DNA of 64,000 nucleotides from Oculina patagonica (Eukaryota). The first letter of the stretch is position 1, and the number at the start of each line of letters is the position of its first letter. Location of the stretch: positions 21,638,001 to 21,702,000 of the forward strand of contig NC_135761.1 of NCBI RefSeq assembly GCF_052425735.1, written 5' to 3'. The notes below the pieces were generated by a model, which saw only the letters and a program-made list of their open reading frames with translations, was not told the origin of the DNA and ran no database searches. Below are positions 1-13,501 of the stretch, piece after piece. Both the position numbers and the translations under genes were made by a program.

Positions 1-726
1 TGTCAAGTGTGAATGGTTTTGATTACTCTGATTGGTTGACAAGTTACACAAACTTGGTAAAAAGAACTGAAAATTTGCTGGCAAAAAGAAACGTTTTGTA
101 ATGTTGAAATTATAGCTTTAATTTGAATTGTGCGTTTTTGATAAGTTAGTCAGTTGGTTAACTTAGCTATTTACATAGTATATGACCTTATGCAAAATTG
201 GTCGTCATTTATTTCTTTTGTTTGGTCGAGTTTCTGAAAATGCTGATGGCGACACTTAAAAATATATGGAATAATATGCTAAACTGAGAGGTTTCAGTGA
301 TTTTAGTTAAAAGGCTGCAGATTTGTGACTCGTTCAATTTTAAAAGATTTGTATGGAAAAAGCCACCATGGCCTGCGTAGCCTCGTTTTCATGTTTTTGG
401 CCGTATAATCGTCCCTGTAACTTCCCATTAGATAAAACTATAGCCTCGAAACTTCATACACTGATTTACTTTGACTTGATCTTTAAATTAAAGAAATGTA
501 ATTTTAATTGATGACTTTCGAGTCGAAAACGTTTTGTTTTTAAGAACTTTATAACTTTTATCTCTTTTTAGCCTTTTTAAAATTATTTTATGAGCAACAT
601 TATGACAACAAATGTAATTTTGTTGACAAATAATTCTTCTAGGAGCCGAGAATTAATTAACGGCAGCCATATTTGCATTGGGTCTTATTCTGATTTAAAA
701 ATTGATTTTGTTAATGTATTATAATA

Positions 727-862
727 CAGTTGAACCCCGGTAACTCGAACTCTGAAGGGAAACAAAAAAATGATTGAAAAGTGGGTCCAATTGAAATAGA
801 AGTTAGTTCGAGTTAGCGGGGTTGTTCGAGTTATCCGAGTTCGTGTTACCAGAGTTCTACTG
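727..862. mobile_element. Tc1/mariner-type MITE
   Basis: TA|CAGTTGAACCCCGGTAAC...GTTACCAGAGTTCTACTG|TA imperfect TIRs with TA TSD. Confidence 0.75.
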
Positions 863-3800
863 TATTGTATCAAGTTTATAAGTGAATGTTCACTTTTATG
901 TGTTACCTTTTTTTTAAAAAAGATTTTTTTCTTCTTCTTTAATGCAGTTGTCGTGTTGGCTCAGAGTAGGATTAACAGTTTAGATTTCGAAGGTGCAGTT
1001 TTTTTGCGATTGTATAAACTTGTTTCAATACCACCGACATGAATTTTTCGCAAAGATCATCAATTTCTTTTTTTTTTCCATCCGTTTAGCTTTTGACAGT
1101 TCTTTTATCCTTCGCTCCACTGTTACTTTAAAATAATTAACGTTGTAGTCTTGGTTAGCCGCAGGAACATTTACAAAAAAATGTAATCCCATTAGGATCC
1201 TATGGGTCGAACCCTCGCTGTAATATATTCAACTTCTCAACTATTTCGGATCATACGGTTAGTCTAAATAATTTGTCATAACTTTTCATGATGAAGTAAA
1301 CTTAAGATGAGATAGAGCGAGGAATATTTACGATATGTAATATTTATTTTCTTTTTTTACTATCGCTTTGTTAAGGGCGAATTGAAATGTTCAGTTCATT
1401 TTTAACAATAAAAGAAATATGAATGCGACAAGTAACTTAACTTAATTGCGCAAATACTCGTGTTAGGGCCTGTTTACATGATTCCGGAATGACTTTCATT
1501 CCGGAACGAAACTCGTTCCGGAATGAAAGTCATTCAACTCGTCCCCAGGTCCTTGCACTGCGTACGTACATAGGGTCGGGCAGTCATGTGATGAACATTT
1601 TTTTCGGCTCGATTATTTTACCAAATTTTCTTTGGTGTGGGACTAATATGGAGAGGGATGAGATGACTCTTCCATACCAGCATAGTTAGGCACTCAAAAC
1701 AAAATTAAATTACGGAAGAAGACCTTATGAAATGAAATATGGCATCTCTTGTCGACTGTGTTTTATCAGAATTGTACCCACCAACTTTTAATAATGGTGT
1801 TAGTCAAACTTGCTACCCATTGATATGTCGGGGACTGTAACTGAGATGCGCAATAAGCATGCTTCCAAGTGCACCTGTAAAAAGCCCGGCTCATTGTAAC
1901 TCGCACTAAGGTGGGGACAGGTTCAATCGGATTCGGTCTTAAGTAGACTCGCCTTAGTCGGATCGACGTAAGATTTACACCAGTTCTTGCTTATTAATGA
2001 AATCAATACTGCCATGACAACCTTAATCAGTAAAATATAATTTGAAGTGATCTAGATTACATCACAGTATTAAAAGAAAAGCCCGTGTTTAGCATTGCTG
2101 TGCTAATGAAGGACACTAAATAAATGGTAGCCTATTTCACGGTTTATTTTTTTTTTTTTCTATTTACATTAGTGGTGATTACTAAATGATCCGCAACTTG
2201 TATGTAAGGCAATTTTAATTGCCTTGCTACCACGTTAATTTTAAAGCAATAGAAATTAGAAAAGGTTACCGTGAAAAGGGCTATTGTAGAGCCACCGTCT
2301 GTTTGCTAACGGAGCATGCTTACCTTTGCATTGTATAACTCCCAAACAAATGCCAGGATTCCCATGTAATTTATTAATTACCTACAACTTCTTAATTTTA
2401 ATACCAGATGGACAGATTATTCCCTCGGATAGACAGATAAATGTTCTCTAGAAGAGTCCCCAGCCATTCTGAATTTTCTCTTCCCACCACAGAGAACAAA
2501 ATGGGACGACTCAGGCGGGGGGGTGGCGGGGGGGGGGGGGGGCTTCATGGCAGAAACTCCTATCTTCCAACCACCCCTACTCCTTTTCTCCTCCCTCGCG
2601 CGCCCATTACAGCAAACTCGCGCGAAAATTTACTCTTGCACGTGCTGTTTGTGCCATAAGGATATTTACCTGGGGATGCGAGTTTTTGTCAGTGGCCAGG
2701 GCTCATTTACCGTTTTGGGGTCCTAGAGGAGGCGTTAAATAGATATGAGGCGTTTATTAAAGAGAGGCGTTTATTTCAATTTAACAGTAACAACGTCAAC
2801 AAACAAATAGGATGGGTAGTTTTCTAGTGGAGTAGTCAAAAACAGAGTTGGTGTGTAGGAGACCAATCTAATCTGCGCTAATGCAAAGATAGACAAGATA
2901 GATAGATAGATAACTTAATTTAAAGAGGGTAGCACGTAACAGAAATTCTGAGAAACCTGTGGCCCTCTATTTTTTTAAAAAAATTACAATTTCTAAACGC
3001 CCGGGGCGTTAAAACCTAGACATGTTGTTCATAGTTCGATATTGACGTTTTTATCGTCATCAGGGTCAACCATGTTGGCGTTGTTGGCCTCTTCGATGTA
3101 CGAGTCAAGCAAAAAAACTAACTTAATTGCGTGATTTTACTCTATGGAGCATTTCCTTGGTTTTTTAGATTATTCTTGGAGGGGGTGTCTATAAGACACG
3201 GGACGTTTATTAAAGAGGGGCGTCTAATACAAACTTTGCACTTCAGTGGAGACGTTTATTAGATACGAAGCCGTTATTTGAGAGTGGACGTTTATTAGAT
3301 CATTTCCGGTACATGGAAAGAGGATGATACCAACACTAGGATCATCCTTTTTCCATGTAAATAGTCCCTATAAAAAAGAGAACTGAAATTCCTTCTTCTA
3401 GGCATTGGCGGATTGAGCTCCTAAAAGTGGCATATTGTGCTACTAGCAGCGCTCGAAATTTGCAAATTATGCCAAAATTATGCCAGAATTCTCAAAGTAT
3501 GCTCCAGATTTCCGAAATTATGCTCACAAAATGACGTAGACTCTGCACATAGAGGCGCGCAATAACGACACCAAATTATGATGTTTTTCAAATATACTGT
3601 TGTGGTTAATTTATTCGTGTGTTTATGACAGTTTGTCACGGCCGTCCGCTGTCAGTACTACTTTTAGCGTAGCTAAAACACGCATTGCAAGAACATACTT
3701 CAGTACCTAAATTTTATTTATTCCTGTATAAAATACACCATATTTACTTAATTTTCGAATCTTTGCTCCAAAAAGTGCATAAATTTGCTAATAATGCCAT

Positions 3801-3879
3801 GGCATTGCTTGGTTAACAAATTATGCGTTTTTGCTCCAATTATGTCAAAAATTATACTAGCACAATCCGCCAAGGCCTT

Positions 3880-4008
3880 CCTTCTTCGCCCCGATGGTGG
3901 TGAGAGGTCTGGGGATGACTTCAGAGGATTCTAGTCACGCGACGATCACGATCACGCACGGCATGCAGCAACGAAATTAACTGAAGGAGGAAGCTACAAA
4001 ATACATTG
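3880..4008 (+). other. Candidate 5' non-coding exon of the NLR-like gene
   Basis: Strong donor TTG|gtaagt at 4009; the coding exon has an acceptor tttcctttgcag ending at 8887, upstream of the ATG. The link and the 5' boundary are inferred. Confidence 0.35.
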
Positions 4009-6646
4009 GTAAGTAAAGCACTATAAGTCTATTTTGTAGCCTTTTTCTTTGGAATGCTACTTCCGAATTAAAGCTTATTCATTTACAATTATACAACATT
4101 ATTTAAGTCGCTAGAGGAGCCAGAACGTACCTGTTGAAATAGACTAAATTTATGTCCGGTACCTATTTAGGTTTCGCTGAATAATTTTCGTTGTTCTGTT
4201 TATTTTGTTCGCTTATTCTTTGATGAAAAAAAGTTCTAATATATTGAACATAAGAAAATAAAGACAATGAAGACAGAACGGCTTTTTAAACCAGGCGCTT
4301 CGGAATCTTTACGAATCGCCTGTTCTTCGCTTTGCATCCGATTGCTCAATATTTCGTAAATATCAAATGTTTACATATGTTTCAGTGTGAAACTCAATTG
4401 TAGTACTATTACCCATTCTGCGATTTTTAAAGAAACTCTAAAGGAAGTTAAAGCAACTTTATTTTGCAGGGCTTGTGTTCCTGAAACTCACAGATTTCTT
4501 ACAGTAATTTCCCGTCAACATGTCGAGTTTCTCTTCCGCTTTCACTTTCATTCGGGGAAATCCCTCTCACGCTCGAAGTTTCCAGAACGTAATGGAACCA
4601 TCAATCACGAAGAGCAAAGTTAATGGCAATAAAACAAGAACTTCTTGAACGTTTTAAACGCGCTTCCAAACAAATTACCGCAATTGTGCCCATATAAAAA
4701 TTCACCAAAAACGTCACGCGATTTGTTAGCATCGCAATTGTTCAATTGTCACGCGATATAGTCTCATAATCCGAAGCTTACGTTGTTGCCGTTCAGATTT
4801 CTGCTAAATCAAAGACTGGCGTCATTTCAGCAGTTAAGATTATTAGAAATATTATAGTTAAATCTAAACAAGCTAAATAAAGACCAAAATATGTTCATAA
4901 AGTTTTCATTGGTAAGAGATTTATAGATTTTCAACATTGCCTGACACATGGTCTGGCCAAGCGAAGAGATAGTTTTGTGAATGACGTAAGCCGAGTGTAT
5001 TTACAAAAATGGCTTGAAGATGTCAAAGCAATTACGGTTTTACAATAGAGCGATTTCACAAACCTCGATTCTTACATGCTATAAATGAGAATCGTTAAAT
5101 GCTAATGAGGAAGAACAAAAGAGATTTCTGATTTGTTTTCATACCAGCATGCATACTACCTATGCCTCACATGCCGACAGCTTACAGAACAGTTATTTTG
5201 ATTTTTGATTTATTTTTAAGCGGTGGTGAACAGTCCCTCAAAAAAGTATGTCTCGCATAATTTTCAAGCCATATTTCAGCCATCTCGTCGTCTCAAATAT
5301 TTCTGGGACGCTTCCTCGGAGTCTTCATTTCTTTTTATAAGGCAAAAATGTCTCGGGCTCGCAGAAAAGATATCAGTTTTGCCATCTTGCAAAGTTGTGA
5401 ATTTACCATTCGACACCCTCACCCTCACAGGGTGAGGGTGCAATCTGATCCTTTGACAGCCCAGTCTATATAGCTAGCTGTTTAAGGACGGTGCCTCCTA
5501 TTGTTACTGCGCACTTGATATTTGGAGGTGGGCCACTATTTTTCAACATGTCAAATAGGGTGGCTCAGGAGAAATAATTCATGAAACAGCAACTATAAAA
5601 GCAAACATTTAATTAGGATGCCTAAAACAGGATTTCTGAGGTGCTAAAAATCTTAATTTTCCCGGGGAACATTCCCCCAGACCCCCTAATTTCCATGTAC
5701 CAAACATCATAAACTCGAAAAAACCACCAACTATTGTTATCTCTTTAAACTGCAGAGACTACATCTTCAGTGGTACAAATATTCTAACAAAATGCCAAAA
5801 ATAGTATTCTGAGTTTCTTAAATCTAAATTTAAATTTTTTCCTGGCAAGCGTGGCATAAAGGCCGGAAAGCCCGGCCAGGCCGGGCTTTGCCAGGCTTAC
5901 CGGGCTTTTGACCGTGCTCCTGATGCAAGGGGGGCTCCTGACTTTGCTTTGTACAAACATAATTAACTCAAAACCACCAACTATTGGTAGATCCCTTTAA
6001 ACTGCAGGGACTATGTACATTTACAACAGTACAAAAATTCTACCAGAATTTCTAAAAATAGCAGTTCAGGATTCTAACACTGATGTGATTCAAACTGTTG
6101 ATCTCGGGGGAGGGGGGAGCAGTAGGTTTTTCTGTGCCACTACAGGAGTGGGCTGCCCCAATTTTGCCAAATAATTTGGGGGTGGGCCACTGAAAATCAG
6201 TACTTAAAACGAAAAAATTCATAGCCCACGGCCCCAGCTGTACTTAATGATGACCAGTCCCTAAAGAGAAAGTAGCAGAGATCCTGACAGGAATCGAACC
6301 CTCCATCTCCATGGTCTTACACTGTGCAGTGGAGTATGTCTGACCACATCCTTCTACCCAGGGTCTTTGTTCCCTTTAACCAGAGAAGGAATGAAGACTC
6401 GAGGTACGAGAATGGTCTGACCAAATTCAAGGTGTCTGAAAATGTTTCGAGTGTTTGACGTATTTTTCATAATCAAAATCGAATGCGTAAAAAGAGCATT
6501 TCAGGGATTTGGACACCGACTTAAACTTTCGATCTCGAAAATTTTTTGGAGATTCTGACTGAAGTGGTAAGCCAATGTCCCCCATTACTTTATAACCGGT
6601 CCCTAAAGAGCAGAGGAATAAAATTGGAGAAATTAATCTATGCTAA

Positions 6647-8650
6647 TTAAGGGAGCAGTCATTAATTACTTGGGGGGAGGGCTGGCAAATTTTTGAAAAA
6701 GTGGGCTCAAAAATTGTGACCCTCTCCCAAATTGGAGCCCAGAAATTTGCAACACACCTCAAATCAGACCAAAAAATCCCCCCCCCCACCCACCTCTGTC
6801 CTTTGAATGAGCACATAAAAGAATAAACACAGTAAGGTGAAAACCATTGAAAGTAGTTCACTAGTTCTTAGGGAAGTTGTCTGCTTTCAGGAGGGGTCTG
6901 GGGGTATGTTCCCCCCCAAAATTTTCAGTTTTTTATCCTCTTAAATCACTTTTCTACGATTCTGAGTAGCAATATGATGGCCCTTTCAGAAAAGCTTCTC
7001 AGATTCCTGTTTTAACTCTTTCAGCTGTCCAAGCTATTCGAAGCAGGTAAAAGAGAAAAAAAGTAGCAAAATAGTGTGTTTCTAAGGGATCGGTCATAAA
7101 GTACAGGTGGGGTGGGGGTGGGGGCTAAGAAAAAATGAGGGTGGGTCACTGTTTTTCAACATGTCAAAACGGGTGGTCAGGAAAAAAATGCACTGCAGTA
7201 GGGGTGGGTCATGGTAAAATTATTTATTAAACAGCAACTATAATATTGCATAAATTCTATCAGAATGCCTAAAACAGCGTTTCTGAGGTTCCAAAAATAT
7301 ACATTTTCCTGGGGGAGCATTCCCCCAGAACCCCCTACTTTGTTATATACCTAACATCATTAACTCAAAACCACCAACTATTAGTATCCCTTTTAAGTGA
7401 CTGTACTACATCTACAATAGTACAAATATTCTGCCATAATGCCTAAAGTAGTATTTCTAAGTTTCTAAAAATCTCAATTTTTCTGTTGTTGCGGACGCAA
7501 ATGTTTCCCAGTTTAGCCACGCCTGAAACATATGTTGCGGAAACAAATTTTGCTTCACGGAAACAAAAAATGCTTGCCCCAAGTCAAAAACATTTTTGCT
7601 TCCCGGACACAAATTGTGCTCCCGAAACATATGTTGCCCAGTTTAGCCACCCAGGAAACAATGCTGAGTAGTTCATGCGCAGGCGTGCCAGTTTGTTCCC
7701 GGAACATTGTTTCCTAGTTTAGCCACCCGGGCAGCAGAACATTTTCCTTGCTTCCCGCTAATTTTGCCACCTAGGAAACATGACAAGGAACTTTCTGCAA
7801 CAATGTTTCCTAGTTTAGCCAGGCCTTGAGGCGAATAATAATGATGTATCATGATATAAATAGATATGATCAAAATAGTTTGTTTGAATTAAAATAATAT
7901 CATGCAAGAAATAATCATTACAGTGTGAGTTTGCAACTGATTGCGCAAGTCTCACGCTCAATGCACGAGGCTTGAGAAGCCTGAACCAAACAGCTGTTGA
8001 TCCTTAACACAAACAAGGCTAGGGGGTCCTGAGGAAAATTTTTATTTTGAGTCTCTGAAATGACTAGAAATGCATCTACGAATGTCAAACATGCTAAGAA
8101 GTAATCAATTTATACCAATGAAAAACAACCGTGATCAAACGTTTAAAGCCTCTTTGACCATTTAACAAGTCACTACTTTATAAGCCAATTGAGCGCCAAC
8201 GGATAGACCAGAAATTATTAAGCTTTTTTTGCCTATTGCTAGCTTGCTAGTAAAATAGTCAAAGCAGCTAACTTGCTAGTAAAATAAGTAAAGAAATGTT
8301 CCTCGCAGGGAACTTGAAGCATAAATGGTTAAAAAGTGGTTCTCATTACAGAAACTGTGCGTTGAAAGAGTTAACCATTCTAGTCATATTTTGAAGCTCG
8401 TGGCTCACTCCAGAAATCTTCACAACGAGTCACGTTCAAGATATATAAGATTCAGCTTGATAAACACGCGCTGTTTGCTGGTTAAGGGGCATTACCAAGA
8501 AGGAGATGGATAGTGGATTGAAGTAGCCTAAAATATTTAAAAAGTTTATTTGTTAAAACAGGTGACAAAAATTTGTGGCCCTCCCCATATCTTAGCTGTC
8601 CCCTCAAATTTGTCGCCCCTCCCCCCAATAATTAACGACCGCTCCCTAAA
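6647..8650. mobile_element. Composite non-autonomous TIR element (Harbinger-like AGGGA ends) with nested repeats
   Basis: TTAAGGGAGCAGTCATTAATTA ... TAATTAACGACCGCTCCCTAA; internal 7140-7480 resembles 5520-5830; nested GGCTAAACT repeats at 7490-7825. Confidence 0.55.
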
Positions 8651-8993
8651 TTCATCGTGGTTACAATTTTCTTCGTTTATTCGTTTTATTTTATAGCGTA
8701 AAAAACAAATGTTACTTTACTAAAAAATACTTTCTTACATTACACTACTTATACTTGTCCTTCCAAATTACACTCAACACTCAAAATCACGTCATCGCCA
8801 CATCCAATAGCAAAGGTCAGCCTATTCCAGCATCACTTTGTAGTTTGCCACTGCAGTAAATTTTGAAAAACACTGTTTCCTTTGCAGATGGTCTGACGTT
8901 TGGTCCAACTAGACTGTTTCAAGAAGGACTACTCGGATTTTACCGTGCTACCAACATTATTGAAGGATCTTGCAGACATTCGAATGCCTGACA

Positions 8994-11900
8994 ATGACAT
9001 TTTCTCCTGAACAACTGAACTTTTTCAAGTTTTCTACTGTTGTTATAGATGAATTCCCAGACGTCTTGCGTAAGGCCTTTGTCTTCATGTGGGACAACCG
9101 TGTCGCTTCCCCACCTGGCGTCCCAAAATGGGACGACTCTGTAACGGTTCAAAGCTTGTTCCTTGCAAAAGAGGGTGGTGTGAAGAAAGTTCCAACTCTG
9201 AATAAATCTTATAAGGAGTGAAACTGTACAGCTTTGTTCAAAGCCACTCTCTTTGCTCAAACCTTTGCCATGCCAGACGGGACTGGAGGTGTTTGCACGT
9301 TGGACAAGCTGTATGTGAGACCACGTGGTTTATCAACCGGGACATTTCACCACTCGGTTATCAGCCCCACTGGCAACACAGCTGAGACGTATGCCTTGGC
9401 GTTGGATCAGCTTCGCTTGCTGCGAAACACGCTTTGCCACCAAATCAGCACCCAAAAGATCGACAAGGCTACCTTTGTTCGTTATATATTGTTGGCAAAG
9501 GATGCCTTCACTGCACTTGGACAAGACACCACAAGGATTGATGACATTGGAAAGCTGGGCGAAGGGGACTTTCCCACAGCAAGGCTTCAGCAAGTTGAGG
9601 ACGAGTTGAAAAGGGAAAAGGATGCTGCCATAAAATTTAAACAGATCGACGATCATCTTATCAACATCGAGTTACAAGTGGAAGATGTCGGGTCTGACGT
9701 GAAAGATGTGAAAACTGACGTAACAGATGTCAAGTCACAAGTGGAACATGTTGGGGCTAACGTGGAAGATGTGAAAACGGAACTAACAGATGTGAAGACA
9801 CAAGTGGAAGATGTCGGGTCTGAAGTAAAGGAATTAAAGGCTGATGTTGTTGACATAAAAATGGCAATGCAAGCGGAAAACTCTAAAGGTGAGCTTTAAT
9901 TTGTAGTCTGGGTGAAGTAGTCTCGTGATCGTCGTGCATGTGTGCTCGAAGTGAGCATCTAATTGTTTCGGGTGTTTCATGGAACTCAGAGTACATACTT
10001 ATTTGCTTAATTTTATCGCCTGAGAAACCTTGTGTGGTCTTGGAAAAATAGTTAATTCTTCCAAATAGATGAGACTCGTACCCTCGGGACCCATTCATTC
10101 ATTGAAACCAGTGTGTGGTGACAGGCAAGTTGCAAGATCGACTGACAAGTATTCACTGTCACAGGGCTGTCTTTCAGACGGCATCGTTTAACCTATTTTC
10201 TTTTATGATTTAAGGTCCATCCGTTCCCGACTCGTGCATACCAGATAAAATACCGCACTTTGTTGGTCGCCAGGAAGAGTGCCTAGCAGTCTTAAATCAT
10301 TTAACAAATGGAGACACTCGACTGGTTGATGTCTGGGGTCCACCGGGATTTGGAAAGACGTCAGTGGCTGTTCAAGTGGCCCATCACTTGAAAGAGATGA
10401 AGATTCCAGTCTACTTTACATCTCTTCGCGGGATGAAAAGTAAAGATGATCTAGTGTCAAAGCTTTTAAGTATATTTACGGATGCTACACAGGCGTTTTA
10501 TGTCTCACCCTCTCATTGGCTCATCCAAAGTTTACAACAACTGGAGTATCCGTTTGTCCTTATTTTGGATAATGCTGACGACTTACTGGAATCTGGAGAT
10601 TCCAAACTGAAAGAAGACGTGCTCGGATTTACGAAGGAGATTCTTGCCCAATGCAGTCAAATCAAGCTTCTTCTCACGACTCGTGAATCTCTAGACTATC
10701 TGAGCCATAAGCTTTACATCCATCAAGAAAGAGTTGGTGTACTGGATGGAGTATCCTCTGTCAGCTTAGTGAAGTCCCAATTGCCCTATGTCTCAGACGA
10801 TGACTGCAGTTCCATAGTAAAGGTATGTGGACAAGTTCCTTTGGCAATGCGATTGATGTGTAGCATCATGATGGAAGAAAATGTTTCAATTACTGGGCTC
10901 TTAGAAGAACTGAAGGTTTCGCCTCTTGTTGAGGTTTTGGACAATGAAAATTTTTCCGATGATGCTCGACTGACAACCATAATCAACAAATCATTTGAAA
11001 GACTTAATTCCCAAGAGAGAGATGCGTTTGTGTCACTGGCTGTTTTTCCTAGCAGCTTTGGAGTGAAAGAGGCTACGGCTGTTTTGGATTTGAAGACAGT
11101 TCGACCGACCAAGAAAGTGATTAGATCGCTGAAACGAAAATCTTTAATAGATTGCAGTGAAGATGTTGAATCCTTCACAATTCATTCACTTTTGCGATCC
11201 TTCATTGACGAAAGAAGAATAGCTAACCAGGCAATTCAAACCATGTTTCATGCAGCACAACGTCGTTTCTACGACTATCAGATCACAAGTTTTGGCGTGG
11301 CTAATGAAAAATTTCTAACGGGTCATTCTACTGACGCATTTCAAGTTTTTCTTGGTCAACGGGAGAGCATCCTGCTGTCCCTTTTAGATGGAGCACAGGA
11401 TGACGCACTCTACCCCAAAGTTGTAGAAGTATTGTCGAAGGCCGAGTTATTTTTTTATGTGGTACTGTCCGATGAAAAGGAGTTATTCGACAGGGTTTAC
11501 TGCACCGCAGTAGAAGAAGCAAAGAAAAGTCAACGTCGCGACGATGAATGCAACTTGCTTGCTGCCAAGTCGTTTGGCTCCTTGGAAAGGTTAACCGTAA
11601 ACCGTCAAAGCTGGGACGAGTCCTTGATAGCTCGTATTCGTGATTCTACTGATAGCTGTCCAGCGAAGCATTTATGCTATCTTGGCGTCCATCAGCTGCT
11701 ATGTGGAAAAATGGACGACGGCATGTCGTCTCTTAGAACTTCTGTAGATCGTCTGAATAGTATTAACTGCGACGAAAAAGTTCTTAAGGTACTTTCCTGT
11801 CATGCACTTGCAGTCTGTTATAGAAAGAAAGGTGACAAGGAAAACGCATCTAAGTTTGAAACTTTCTGCGACAACGAGTGTAAGTCTACATCGTTGAGTC

Positions 11901-13501
11901 CTGTGGTTCGCTATGTCTTCTTACAAGACAGCTCTTCAGCTGATGAACCGACAGATTTCGCCAGTATTGTCGAGCGAGATGTTTTCTTTTTTGTAGTTAT
12001 GGCTAAAACATTATTTGCGCTTTACAGCAAGCTGGAGTTTGGAAAGCAGGCGAAAACTGAACTATCTTTAATGACCCGTCATTTTGTTGGACTGTACAAA
12101 GTTTTTCTTCCATTATCTGGCAAAGGAACGGTCGATGTTTCGATACTAGAGGCTTGTTGCCAGGTGCTATATAGTTTGAGCTGTTTTAAGGAAGCAGCGG
12201 AAGGTTATCAAATAATAACAGACAAACTTGAAAAGACGCCAGGAAACTGGTCTGACATATTCACAGCTCATGCTTACTTATTTTGCGGCTTAGCTCTGAA
12301 AGAACTGAAAGACCATGATGGAGCTTTCTATTGTTTAAAGAAAGCTTTAAATATAAGAAGGCGACTTTTACAAGAAAACAAGGATGGAACGCACGGCAAC
12401 AACATGGTCGGAGAGACTATCAAATCACTTGCGCACTGTTTGGAAATGCAAAAAAAAATCGATTGCGGTACTTTTGGTCACACTAACGATTTCAAAGCCA
12501 TCTGCGAAGAAATTAAAAGCGAACTTAAGACAATGGAAAAGATTTGTGGCGTGAACCTCGCTGAAATCGCAACAAATTACAACCAGCTTGGTTTTTGCTA
12601 TTGGCTTATGGATGACAACAGTGGAGCACTTGAGTCATATCAGCAGGCTCTAAAGATAAGAGAAGAGTACGTGGGCGATTCCGAAGACAAAGTATCATTT
12701 CTACAGAATATTGGAGCTGTGTATTCCAGAATGAATCGGAACAGTGATGCTGGCAAGGCATTGGAAAGTGCATTGGATCTGAGGAAATCGTTGGGGATTG
12801 AAGATCACGCGGATACCGCTTTTATTTACCATGAACTTGGGATGAACCATCTTGAGCTGGGTGAGTTGAGTGAAGCTCTTAATGCACATCGACAGGGCTT
12901 ACAGCTTAGAAAGAAACACTTAGGTGATCACCCCAGTACAGTTCAAAGCCTTACTGAAACAGGATGTGTGTATCTTAGGATGGGCGAGTATCAGGCTGCT
13001 AGAGAACATTGTCAGAAAGCTGCCGATTTATCAAGCACATTGCTTGGTGACCATGAAGATACCGCCTCTTCATTCTATTGCCTAGCTGTAGTGTACCTTA
13101 AAATGGGGAACTACAAGGGAGCTCTTGATGCTTGTCGTGAAGCTAGGAACATAAGATTGAAGCTATTAGGTGAACACGTGGATACAGCTGAAAGCCTTCA
13201 ATGTTTTGGATTCATATGTTTTAAGATGCGTGATTTTAAAAGAGCTGTCAGGTCCCTTGGGAGGGCGTCAGCGTTGAGATCAAAACTTCTTGGTGACCAC
13301 TTAGACACAGCACTGAGCTACCACTGCCTTGGTGAAGCGCAGATGTCTATGGGTGACTTCAGCGGTGCCATGGAATCTTTGAAGAAAGCTTTGAGTATTC
13401 GAGAAAAGGAAAAGCATTCATACGCCGCCGTAACTTCAGAGCTGCTAAACCGCGCCTATTTAGGCTACTTGATTAAATACGAATCAGCGTCTCAGCAATA
13501 G
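8994..13501 (+). CDS. NLR-like HEPN (DZIP3-like)-coiled coil-STAND/NB-ARC NTPase-TPR protein, ~1393 aa, with one in-frame TGA (possible null allele or young pseudogene)
   Basis: Exons 8994-9888 and 10215-13501; GT-AG phase-1 intron (AAAG|gtgagc...tttaag|GTCCA). ORFs 8970-9221 and 9234-9899 are in the same frame, separated by TGA 9219-9221. Motifs: HEPN RNTLCH, heptad repeats, FVGRQEE, Walker A GPPGFGKT, Walker B LILDNADD, LLLTTR, CGQVPLA, IHSLLR, then tandem TPRs (e.g. A..Y..LG....G....AL). Confidence 0.88.
9675..9857 (+). repeat. 63-bp (21-aa, three-heptad) tandem repeat, ~3 copies, encoding a coiled coil
   Basis: CAAGTGGAA recurs at 9675, 9738 and 9801; peptide QVEDVGSDVKDVKTDVTDVKS/QVEHVGANVEDVKTELTDVKT/QVEDVGSEVKELKADVVDIK. 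Confidence 0.9.

Noticed and set aside
3040-3075. Additional hammerheads at other CTGATGA sites (e.g. ~3060 minus, 15239, 50894, 59318)
   Set aside because: No stem II followed by GAAA and no stem I complementarity.
9325-12889. Overlapping and antisense ORFs within the NLR gene, and likewise within the GPCRs and SCLY
   Set aside because: Shadow ORFs of real coding sequence with no independent motifs.
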